From positions 44,606-108,605 of the forward strand of contig WGMQ01000008.1 in assembly GCA_016125005.1 (NCBI GenBank): a stretch of DNA of 64,000 nucleotides. The letters are read 5' to 3'. Source of the DNA: a bacterium (GTDB lineage Bacteria > Sumerlaeota > Sumerlaeia > SLMS01). Numbering within the stretch: the stretch's first letter is position 1; every line of letters begins with the position of its first letter. The notes beneath the pieces were generated by a model. That model saw only the letters and a program-made list of their open reading frames with translations. It did not search any database and was not told the origin of the DNA. The position numbers were made by a program, and so were the translations under genes. Shown in pieces: positions 28,143-36,345 of the stretch.

Positions 28143-28166
28143 GGAACTCAGGAGTCCCTCCCACCG

Positions 28167-29957
28167 ATGCCGTTGCTGACACTGATCATCTTCATCCCGA
28201 TTGTGCTGGGTGCGATTGCGTCCTTCGCGCTTCCCGCCAAGCAGGTCAAATGGGGTGCCCTCGGCATCGCCATCCTCGACCTCTTGCTGATCCTCTTCGC
28301 GGCGTTCGGCGGAGGCTACAAGTGGTCCGGCGCCGAGAAAATCGACGTCGAGATCTTCGGCTCCACGTATAGCACTCCGTTCCAGCTCCGCGAATCGATC
28401 GCGTGGCTTGACCAGTTCCAGATCGCCTACACGGTCGGCGCCGACAACCTGTCGATGCTGATGATCGTGCTCGCCGGCGTGCTCCTCATCTTCGGCGTCC
28501 TCTGCTCCTGGAACGCCATCGAGCACCGCGAGAAGGAATTTTTCTTCTGCCTCATGGCGCTCCAGACCGGCATCCTCGGCACCTTCCTCGCCCTCGACAT
28601 GTTCCTGTTCTACATGTTCTGGGAACTGATGCTCATCCCGCTGTACTTCATGGTGGGCATCTGGGGTTCGAAGAACCGCATCTACGCCACCATGAAGTTC
28701 GTGCTCTACACGCTGGTCGGCTCGGTGCTGATGCTGATCGCGATCATCTGGATGTACTACAACAACGGCTTCTTCAACGGCGCCATGCGCGACCTGGAGA
28801 TTGTTCGTACCTACTCCTACGAAGTCATGATGGCCACCCAGCATCAGGCGGGCACCACGGGCACCTTCGCCTCGTCGCTCTTCCCCTTCCTGGCGCTCTT
28901 CCTGGCCTTCGCGATCAAGGTTCCGCTCTTCCCGCTGCACACCTGGTTGCCGGACGCCCACACCGAGGCCCCGACCGCTGGCTCGGTGATCCTCGCGGGT
29001 ATCCTGCTCAAGACCGGCGGCTACGGCATCATCCGCTTCTGCGTCCCCCTCTTCCCCGAGGCGGCCGTCTCCTGCGGCCCGGTCTTCATCTGGCTCTCGG
29101 TGATTGCCATCATCTACGGCGCCATGACCGCAATCGTGCAGACCGACATCAAGCGCCTCGTCGCCTACTCTTCCGTGTCGCACATGGGCTTCGTGATCCT
29201 CGGTATCTTCAGCTTCAACTCCGCGGGCATGTCGGGCGCCATCCTCCAGATGATCAACCACGGCATCTCGACCAGCGGCTTGTTCCTCGCGGTCGGCATG
29301 ATTTACGAGCGCACCCACACCCGCAATCTGGCGGACTTCGGCGGTCTGGCGAAGACCCTTCCGGTCTACGCTGCGCTGACGATGGTGATGGTGCTCAGCT
29401 CCGTCGGTCTCCCCGGCCTCAACGGCTTCCTCGGCGAGTTCAACATCCTGCTGGGTTCCATGAACGCCCACCCGATCCTGCTTCAGGCTCAGGACGAAAG
29501 CTCCTTCGCCGCGAGCATGGGCATGACCCAGTACACTTGGCTCGTCGCCGGTGCCGCCGCCACGGGCGTGATCCTTGGCGCTGTCTACCTGCTCATCATG
29601 TACCAGCGCACCTTCTTCGGACCGCTCGATGTCGAGAAGAACGGCGACCTGAAGGATCTGGAGCCACGCGAATGGGGCCAGCTTGGTGTCCTCGCCGCCG
29701 CGGCCGTCGTGATCGGTCTCGCACCGGGTACCCTGTTCAACGCGATCCAACCCGCCTCGGATGCCGCACTGGCTCCGCTGGCCAAGCCCCTCCAGCTAAC
29801 GCCCGCCCACATTGCCTCGCGTGAGGCCGCCAAGGCGGTCGCAGCGCCTGTTGCACCCGCTGAGCCCGCTCACGCCGAACCTGCTGCCACAGAGCAGCAC
29901 GGCGAGGATAGCGGCCACGATCACGCCCACGAGGGCGAGGGAGCCCACTCCCACTGA
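28167..29957 (+). CDS. nuoM: NADH-quinone oxidoreductase subunit M (His/acidic-rich C-terminal tail)
   Basis: LHTWLPDAHTEAPTAGSVILAGILLK (NuoM signature). C-terminal tail ...AEPAHAEPAATEQHGEDSGHDHAHEGEGAHSH. Confidence 0.9.
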   Translation: MPLLTLIIFIPIVLGAIASFALPAKQVKWGALGIAILDLLLILFAAFGGGYKWSGAEKIDVEIFGSTYSTPFQLRESIAWLDQFQIAYTVGADNLSMLMIVLAGVLLIFGVLCSWNAIEHREKEFFFCLMALQTGILGTFLALDMFLFYMFWELMLIPLYFMVGIWGSKNRIYATMKFVLYTLVGSVLMLIAIIWMYYNNGFFNGAMRDLEIVRTYSYEVMMATQHQAGTTGTFASSLFPFLALFLAFAIKVPLFPLHTWLPDAHTEAPTAGSVILAGILLKTGGYGIIRFCVPLFPEAAVSCGPVFIWLSVIAIIYGAMTAIVQTDIKRLVAYSSVSHMGFVILGIFSFNSAGMSGAILQMINHGISTSGLFLAVGMIYERTHTRNLADFGGLAKTLPVYAALTMVMVLSSVGLPGLNGFLGEFNILLGSMNAHPILLQAQDESSFAASMGMTQYTWLVAGAAATGVILGAVYLLIMYQRTFFGPLDVEKNGDLKDLEPREWGQLGVLAAAAVVIGLAPGTLFNAIQPASDAALAPLAKPLQLTPAHIASREAAKAVAAPVAPAEPAHAEPAATEQHGEDSGHDHAHEGEGAHSH

Positions 29958-29982
29958 TGGCCCTCAGGCTGCGCTGAATCTT

Positions 29983-30007
29983 CCGACCCCCTCCGCGAGG
30001 GGGTCGG
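29983..30007 (+). terminator. GC-rich hairpin (ccgacccc-ctccgcga-gggggtcgg) downstream of nuoM, a candidate intrinsic terminator of the nuo cluster
   Basis: Perfect 8-bp stem with a 7-nt loop, 26 nt after the nuoM stop. The trailing T-tract is weak (cgcatttcagg). Confidence 0.45.
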
Positions 30008-30035
30008 CGCATTTCAGGATGACCCACTTGGCGGC

Positions 30036-30860
30036 TTGCCGCCCACTAGCAGGACCCACCCCAATTCCGCTGGACAGACCATCATGTCCCACACCATCGA
30101 TCCGATCATCATCGACAACATGGGCGCGGATCCAGACGTTGAGTGGATCGTCCATGTTCCGCTGGTCGTCATCCGCAGCGAACCCGACTTCACCTCGCCC
30201 ATCATCGGACAACTGACCATCGGCAGCGCCTGTCGCGGCGTACCGGTTCACGAGCGCACCAGCGACACCGAGTGGCTCCGGCTCGGCTCCACCGGGTTCA
30301 TTTCCCTGACCCAGCTTCACCGCATTCATCCCGCCAACGCGGTCGAGGGCGCTGGAATCCGCATCGGCACCGAGGCGGTGAATCGCTGGTGGGGGCTTCC
30401 CGCCGACTACGAACCCACCGACCTGGTCGACATCCCTTCCGCCTATCACATGGGGCGCGAGGACCGCCGTTATTTGCTCCGCACCGCCGCCGTGGAGTCG
30501 CTTGTGGCCATGCTGGCCGAGGCCCGCAACCACGGCATCGACATCCGCGCTGGCTCGACCTATCGCTCCTGGACCTACCAGAAGGGACTCTTTGACCGAG
30601 CCGTCGAAAAGGACGGTCCCAGCCAGCGCTATAGTGCACCTCCTGGTCACAGCGAGCACCAGCTCGGCACCGCCGCGGACCTGACCGATGTGGGCGGGCG
30701 CCACTTCATCGAGGAGTCCTTCGGCGACACGCCGCACTATCGCTGGCTTGTCGAGCACGCCGCCGCCTACGGCTGGCGTCAGTCCTACACCGTGGACAAC
30801 ATCCCGCAGACCGGCTACATCTGCGAGCCTTGGCACTGGCGCTATCACGGAGAGCCCTGA
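30036..30860 (+). CDS. Peptidase M15 (VanY/D-Ala-D-Ala carboxypeptidase-like) with N-terminal SH3-like domain
   Basis: GSTYRSWTYQKGLF, SAPPGHSEHQLGTAADL, EPWHWRY: the Zn-ligand pattern of M15B/VanY. Confidence 0.75.
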   Translation: MPPTSRTHPNSAGQTIMSHTIDPIIIDNMGADPDVEWIVHVPLVVIRSEPDFTSPIIGQLTIGSACRGVPVHERTSDTEWLRLGSTGFISLTQLHRIHPANAVEGAGIRIGTEAVNRWWGLPADYEPTDLVDIPSAYHMGREDRRYLLRTAAVESLVAMLAEARNHGIDIRAGSTYRSWTYQKGLFDRAVEKDGPSQRYSAPPGHSEHQLGTAADLTDVGGRHFIEESFGDTPHYRWLVEHAAAYGWRQSYTVDNIPQTGYICEPWHWRYHGEP

Positions 30861-30936
30861 CATCGCCTCGGCAAGTGGTCCCGATTTCGCAGGCTGGTGA
30901 TCGACTGTACGGAGCATCCGGCGCCGGGAGGCACCC

Positions 30937-31704
30937 ATGAGCGAACTCGCCCCGACCATCCGATTCTCCAACCGGGTGGACGACTATCGCCGCTTCCGCC
31001 CGACCTATCCCGCGGCTGTCATCGACCTGTTGAAGTCCCGCGTCGCGCCGAGACCTGACGCGCAGGTGGCTGACGTGGGCAGCGGCACGGGCATCTTTGC
31101 GCGGCTGCTCCTGGAATCGGGCTATCGCGTTGTGGCCATTGAACCGAACCGCGACATGGCGGCCGTTGCCACGTCGGAGCTCGCGTCGTTTCCCGGCTTC
31201 CGTCTGCTTCACGCCCCCGCCGAGGAACTGCCGCTCGACACAGCTTCCGTCGACCTGATCACCGTCGCCCAGGCGTTCCACTGGTTCGACCCGGAGCGGG
31301 TGCGCGTCGAGTTCCTTCGCGTGCTGAAGCCCGGTGGGTTGGTCGCTCTCGTGTGGAACGAGCGTCGCCGCGAGTCGGAGTTCGACTGCACCTTCGACGA
31401 CCTGCTTCACCGCAAGGGGACCGACTACACCGCGGTGAATCCTCGCGTGACAGGGCGCGCCAAGATGGACCTTTTCTGGCACAACGAGGACCGGGACTTT
31501 TACGTCTTTCCAAACAGCCAGTCCCTCGACCGCGAGGCCTTCCACGGTCGCGTTGCCTCGGCGTCCTACACCCCCGCGCCGGGCTCGCCCGAGTTCCCCG
31601 CGTTTCACGCGGAGGTCGACCGCCTCTTCGATCGTTTCCAACAGGATGGATTTGTCGAAATACGCTATGACTGCGAAGTCTACATCGGGCGCCCACGCCC
31701 CTGA
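30937..31704 (+). CDS. Class I SAM-dependent methyltransferase (Methyltransf_11-like)
   Basis: ADVGSGTGIFARLLLESGYRVVAIEPNRDM, LKPGGLVALVWN. Confidence 0.75.
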   Translation: MSELAPTIRFSNRVDDYRRFRPTYPAAVIDLLKSRVAPRPDAQVADVGSGTGIFARLLLESGYRVVAIEPNRDMAAVATSELASFPGFRLLHAPAEELPLDTASVDLITVAQAFHWFDPERVRVEFLRVLKPGGLVALVWNERRRESEFDCTFDDLLHRKGTDYTAVNPRVTGRAKMDLFWHNEDRDFYVFPNSQSLDREAFHGRVASASYTPAPGSPEFPAFHAEVDRLFDRFQQDGFVEIRYDCEVYIGRPRP

Positions 31705-31729
31705 CCAATTCCTGCTCGCCGGAGAGCGC

Positions 31730-33544
31730 ATGACCCTCCCGACGTTCCGCTCCATTCGCCCGCTGACGCTCCTTTCCGCACTCCTCGCCAGCGCCGCATC
31801 GGCCCAGACGGTGACCACCCTCACCGACCTGGTGACGGCCACTGACGCTCTCGGGCGCACCATGCCGGATGCTTCCACCGTTCCAGAGCCCCGCGCCGAC
31901 CGCGTCGTGGGCATCTTCTACTTCCTCTGGATGGGCGAGCACGGCGAGTTCTACCACACCGATCCCGGCAGGCCCGAACCGGCCACGCCGGCGGGGGAGG
32001 AGCCGCCTCCTGCTCCCTACGACATCACACGCATCCTCGCCGCCAACCCTACCAATCCTGCTTGGGGACCGCTCCATGCGTTCCACTTCTGGGGCGAGCC
32101 CCAGTTTGGTTACTACCTTTCCAGCGACGAGTTCGTCATGGCGCGCCACGTCCAGATGCTCGGCGACATCGGCGTCGACGTGCTCTTCCTCGACGTCTCG
32201 AACGGGTATAGCTACCCGAACAACTACCTGAAGCTCTGCACCATCCTCGAGTCCCTCCGCGACGCGGGCCGCCCCGTCCCCAAGATCACCTTCCTCGCCT
32301 ACAACAACGCCCCGGTGTCCGTGCAGGCCGTCTGGCGCGACTTCTATTCGAAGGGGCTCCACCGCGATTGCTGGTTCCTCTGGGAGGGCAAGCCGCTCAT
32401 CCTAACGCCCCCCGCCTCGATTCCGCCCGAGGCCGCCGACTTCTTTACTGTCCGCGAGTCCTGGGCCTGGTCCGACCCCAACCAGTGGTTCGGCAACGGC
32501 CATGAGAAGTGGCCCTGGCTCGACAACACGCCCCAGGCCTTCGGCTGGGACACGGACCCGACCCAGCCGACCGCCATGCCGGTCGCCGCCGCCGGCCACC
32601 CCGTCACCAACGTCGGTCGAAGCCACCACGGCGGCGCACAGCCCGCCGGGGCCGACCTGCACAGCGAGCAGGGACTCTACTTCGACGAGCAGTGGCAGCA
32701 GGCCCTCAAGCGCGACCCCCGACTTGTCTTCGTCACCGGCTGGAACGAATGGGTCGCCATGCGGTTCGAAAGCGACGGCAATATGCACATGGGCGGCAAG
32801 CGCGTGCCCAAGGGCGGGTCTTTCTTCGTCGACCAGTACACGCAGGAGTTCAGCCGCGACATCGAACCCATGCGCGGAGGCCACGGCGACAACTACTACT
32901 ATCAGCTCGCCGCCAACATTCGCCGCTTCAAGGGGATCGAACGAGCCCAACCGACCAGCGCTCCCGTGACCATCACCATCGACGGCGATCCCGCCGAATG
33001 GGTCGCGGTCACTCCCCGCTACCTCGACGACCCCACCGACACGCAACACCGCGACCACCGCGGCTGGGGCCGGGAGGGCGTCTATCGCAACAGCACGGGG
33101 CGGAACAACATCGTCTCCGCCCAGGTGGCCCGCGACGATCGCTCCGTCTACTTCCTCGTGGAAACCCGCGACCCGCTCACGCCCCGCGAAGGCGACCAGT
33201 GGATGCGCCTCTACATTGACCTCGACCGGGACCACACCACCGGCTGGAACGGCTACGACTACCTCGTCAACCGAACCGCCACACCCGACGACACCGCCAG
33301 CGTCGAGCGCTATCAGGACGGCCAATGGGTCCCCACCGGCCACGCCAGCATCGCCCAGTCATCCAACGCCATCGAACTGGCCATCCCTCGCGAATTGCTC
33401 GGTGACAAGGCGCCTGTCCGCATGAACTTCAAATGGACCGACAACATGCACGACTCCAACGACATCGCCGACTGGCTGCAGTACGGCGACGCGGCGCCGC
33501 TGGGGCGGTTTAGCTATCGGTATGGGGAGCAGGGGGACGAGTGA
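31730..33544 (+). CDS. Secreted TIM-barrel glycoside-hydrolase-like protein with C-terminal beta-sandwich domain (family uncertain)
   Basis: Signal peptide MTLPTFRSIRPLTLLSALLASAASAQ with a GGAGAG RBS. The portion of the track ORF upstream of this overlaps the MTase gene out of frame. Conserved region GIFYFLWMGEHGE...FHFWGEPQFGYYLSSDEFVMARHVQMLGDIGVDVLFLDVSNG. Confidence 0.5.
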   Translation: MTLPTFRSIRPLTLLSALLASAASAQTVTTLTDLVTATDALGRTMPDASTVPEPRADRVVGIFYFLWMGEHGEFYHTDPGRPEPATPAGEEPPPAPYDITRILAANPTNPAWGPLHAFHFWGEPQFGYYLSSDEFVMARHVQMLGDIGVDVLFLDVSNGYSYPNNYLKLCTILESLRDAGRPVPKITFLAYNNAPVSVQAVWRDFYSKGLHRDCWFLWEGKPLILTPPASIPPEAADFFTVRESWAWSDPNQWFGNGHEKWPWLDNTPQAFGWDTDPTQPTAMPVAAAGHPVTNVGRSHHGGAQPAGADLHSEQGLYFDEQWQQALKRDPRLVFVTGWNEWVAMRFESDGNMHMGGKRVPKGGSFFVDQYTQEFSRDIEPMRGGHGDNYYYQLAANIRRFKGIERAQPTSAPVTITIDGDPAEWVAVTPRYLDDPTDTQHRDHRGWGREGVYRNSTGRNNIVSAQVARDDRSVYFLVETRDPLTPREGDQWMRLYIDLDRDHTTGWNGYDYLVNRTATPDDTASVERYQDGQWVPTGHASIAQSSNAIELAIPRELLGDKAPVRMNFKWTDNMHDSNDIADWLQYGDAAPLGRFSYRYGEQGDE

Positions 33545-33772
33545 TGAAACTTGTGATGAAGCGGCTTGCGTCATGCAAGGCGGCACCGTGGGGAACCGGA
33601 GCAAGGCAGCCTCAGATCAGCTGATCAGGACTCGCCATTGCGATAGCTTGACCCTGAATCCCTTCTCCGTAATCCCCCCTGTCGAATTTAGTGGTCTTCC
33701 AAAGGGCAGATGCTTCAATCTCACGGTGTCATCTTGCAAAAAGATGTCGATTGTTTGGGGACGGATTGATCG

Positions 33773-36343
33773 ATGCCTGAGTCTCGGGAGTTAAAGTCCA
33801 CGGAATCGTCGAATGTGCGGCAGCTGATTGCGGCGGTGGCGCTTGAGTTGCACCAACGTCTGCGTTGGGAGATGGTGGTCCTGGGGTGGCCGGTGCGGGA
33901 TGGAGGGACGCAGCGCTGTCTGATCGTCTCGCGTTCCCGAGATGGGGGGGTCTCGGTTCACGCGACCGAGTGTTCGCCGACCCGGCTTTTCCGCCGAACA
34001 ATGGAAGGGCGGGGAGTCCTGGTGGACGCCGCCGAAGAGCTTGAAATACTGACCCCTCTGCCGGTTTCGTCGGCTCAGACACGGCCCTGCTCCACGGTGA
34101 GCGTCCCGATTCGCTCGTCGAACGGGGACTGCATGGCCGTGGTCGAGTTGCATCGGGCCAGCGCGCCCGCCTTCACTGCAAACGACCTTCAGGTCGCTCA
34201 GGAAAGTCTTCACCAGCGCAGCCAGTTGCTATCCGTGATGATCAAGTTGGAGGAGCGCGAGCAGGAGTGGGAGTTCAGTCGTCGGGCACTCGAACGAATT
34301 GGCGTCGTCGTGTATGAGCGCAGTTACCTGACGCGGCAGCTCCGCTGGGCCGGGGACGGGTTGGAGCGCCTGACGGGGTACTCGCGCGAGGAACTGACGC
34401 CGGAACTCTGGCGGCAGATGACCCAGGAGGTGGTCCTGCGCCACGAACCACCAGGGACCTCACTTGATGACGCGGTCGCTCGGGGACTTTCAGGCGCCAC
34501 CACCGAGTGGTTGGCGGAGATACGCTTCAAGACCAAGTTGGGGAGTGATCGATGGTTGCTGGATTCCTCCATCGCGGTGAGGGATCCGGCAGGACATCCG
34601 CTGGGGAGCGTGGGGATTCTCCAGGACATCACTGCGACACGCCAGGCCTCCCGCCTGCGCGAGCACCTGAACCAGATCATGCCGCGGATCGCCGCCCTTG
34701 GCTCGAGCCGCGACATTGCCGCGGCCACGCTTCAAGCGATCCGTGCCTTGGTGCCGTGGGATTGCGCCATGATGCTGGTCGGACTTCGACAAGATAACAC
34801 TTGTCGGATCGCGTATCTGGTAGATACCGATGAGGATGGACATGAGAAGGAGTTCACCGACACCTACCCCGCCACCCACACGATTGGGACGGACGTGACA
34901 GAGCTGATCATCCTGCACCCGCTCGTCAACAGAGGCGAGAGCGGTGGCAGCGGTCCTACGCCATCGCTTCCCCACGTTGGTTTCGTTAATCGCCGCTCAC
35001 GGTCGCTCATGTTCGCCCCGATGAACCTCGGTGGGGATCGCCCCATTGGGATCGTGTCTATACAGAGCTATGGGGATACGCCGTATACGGAGGGCGACCT
35101 GGAGACGTTGCGGGTCTTCACCGCCCACTGCGCCGAAGCGGTGGCTCGGGCCGTCGCCGAGGAGCAACGCGGTCGCCTCCAGGAGTTGGCGCGTTCCTCG
35201 GAAAAGCTGGAGTCGCTCGGTGTGCTGGCAGGCGGCATCGCGCATGAGTTCAACAACCTGCTCTCGGCGATCCTTGGCAACGTGGGGCTGATCCGGCTCG
35301 ACTATCCCGAGGATACTCCCGCTGCATCGGGCGCGCGCGCCATTGAGGAGGCGGCCCTGCGCATGCGCGACCTCACGCGCCAGATGCTCGCTTTCTCCGG
35401 CAGGACCAAGTCCCATCCCGAGGACACACGCGTTGAGACCCTCATCGCCGAAGTCCGCGAGTTGGTTCGCCTGTCCATCGGGATTGAGCGCAAGATTCAG
35501 TGGGGTGACCCTCCGACCGGACTATCGCTGCGATGCGATGCCACTCAGATCAAGCAGGCGCTGCTCAACATCCTCCGCAATGCCGTGGAGGCCTCCCGCG
35601 CCTCGGACGAACCCATCTGCGTCACGATCGTGGTACGACAGGTCACCGAGTCCAGCAGGACGGCCATCGAGCCGCACCATCCTCCCGCAAGCGGCGACTA
35701 TCTGCTGATCTCGGTGGAGGACTACGGCGAAGGAATGACGGAGACCACCAAGGCGCGGCTGACGGACCCGTTCTTTAGCACCCGCTTCCAGGGACGAGGC
35801 CTTGGCATGGCCACGGTGAAGGGAATCATCGATGCACATCGCGGCGGCCTTGGAGTCATCAGCGAGCCGGGCGATGGCGCCGTCGTCACTCTTTACCTTC
35901 CCCTGTCTGCCAGCCAGAATGCCAGCGCAGTGAGCGGTGTTGCCGGAGAGTCAGTGCCGGCCCGCCTGAGCGGACGAATCCTCATCGTGGATGACGAGCC
36001 CTCGGTCATCGACGTGGCGACGCGGTTCCTCCAGCGGCTCGGCTTGCGCTCCGTGCCAAGCGTCGCCCCACAGACGGCGTTGGATCTGTTCCGCCGCGCT
36101 CCGCATGACTTCGATGCAGCGCTGATCGACGTGACGATGCCGGGCATGGACGGTATCGAGCTGACCCGTCAGTTGCGGGTGGCTGCACCGCGGCTGCCCA
36201 TCGTGCTCATGAGTGGATTCTCGGCTCTGGACGTCCGCGAGCACTTCCAGGGAGAGGAAGGAATTTACTTCGTGGAGAAGCCCTTTGGTCTCGATCGCAT
36301 CCACGGTGTGTTGGCAAGGGCCCTCGGCGGGGCGCCGCGATGA
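33773..36343 (+). CDS. Hybrid sensor histidine kinase/response regulator with GAF and PAS-like sensory domains
   Basis: H-box GIAHEFNNLLSAILGN. HATPase G-boxes (DYGEGM, GRGLGMA). C-terminal receiver ILIVDDEP...DAALIDVTMPGMDGIEL. Confidence 0.85.
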   Translation: MPESRELKSTESSNVRQLIAAVALELHQRLRWEMVVLGWPVRDGGTQRCLIVSRSRDGGVSVHATECSPTRLFRRTMEGRGVLVDAAEELEILTPLPVSSAQTRPCSTVSVPIRSSNGDCMAVVELHRASAPAFTANDLQVAQESLHQRSQLLSVMIKLEEREQEWEFSRRALERIGVVVYERSYLTRQLRWAGDGLERLTGYSREELTPELWRQMTQEVVLRHEPPGTSLDDAVARGLSGATTEWLAEIRFKTKLGSDRWLLDSSIAVRDPAGHPLGSVGILQDITATRQASRLREHLNQIMPRIAALGSSRDIAAATLQAIRALVPWDCAMMLVGLRQDNTCRIAYLVDTDEDGHEKEFTDTYPATHTIGTDVTELIILHPLVNRGESGGSGPTPSLPHVGFVNRRSRSLMFAPMNLGGDRPIGIVSIQSYGDTPYTEGDLETLRVFTAHCAEAVARAVAEEQRGRLQELARSSEKLESLGVLAGGIAHEFNNLLSAILGNVGLIRLDYPEDTPAASGARAIEEAALRMRDLTRQMLAFSGRTKSHPEDTRVETLIAEVRELVRLSIGIERKIQWGDPPTGLSLRCDATQIKQALLNILRNAVEASRASDEPICVTIVVRQVTESSRTAIEPHHPPASGDYLLISVEDYGEGMTETTKARLTDPFFSTRFQGRGLGMATVKGIIDAHRGGLGVISEPGDGAVVTLYLPLSASQNASAVSGVAGESVPARLSGRILIVDDEPSVIDVATRFLQRLGLRSVPSVAPQTALDLFRRAPHDFDAALIDVTMPGMDGIELTRQLRVAAPRLPIVLMSGFSALDVREHFQGEEGIYFVEKPFGLDRIHGVLARALGGAPR

Positions 36344-36345
36344 CC

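Noticed and set aside
25488-29750. 719-aa and 624-aa minus-strand ORFs
   Set aside because: They are antisense to nuoL and nuoM, whose signature motifs fix the true frame. The translations are His/Asp-rich reverse images of the His-rich loops.
31553-31729. N-terminal 59 codons of the track ORF 31553-33544
   Set aside because: They overlap the methyltransferase gene out of frame. A signal peptide with an RBS begins at 31730, so the upstream part was trimmed.
31259-33343. 367-aa and 313-aa minus-strand ORFs
   Set aside because: They are antisense to the methyltransferase and the secreted GH-like gene, and show no motifs.
33545-33772. AT-richer 228-bp region upstream of the hybrid histidine kinase
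   Set aside because: It is probably just a promoter/5'UTR region. A small imperfect hairpin (cttgcgtcatgcaag) was seen after the preceding gene, but it is too weak to call a terminator.
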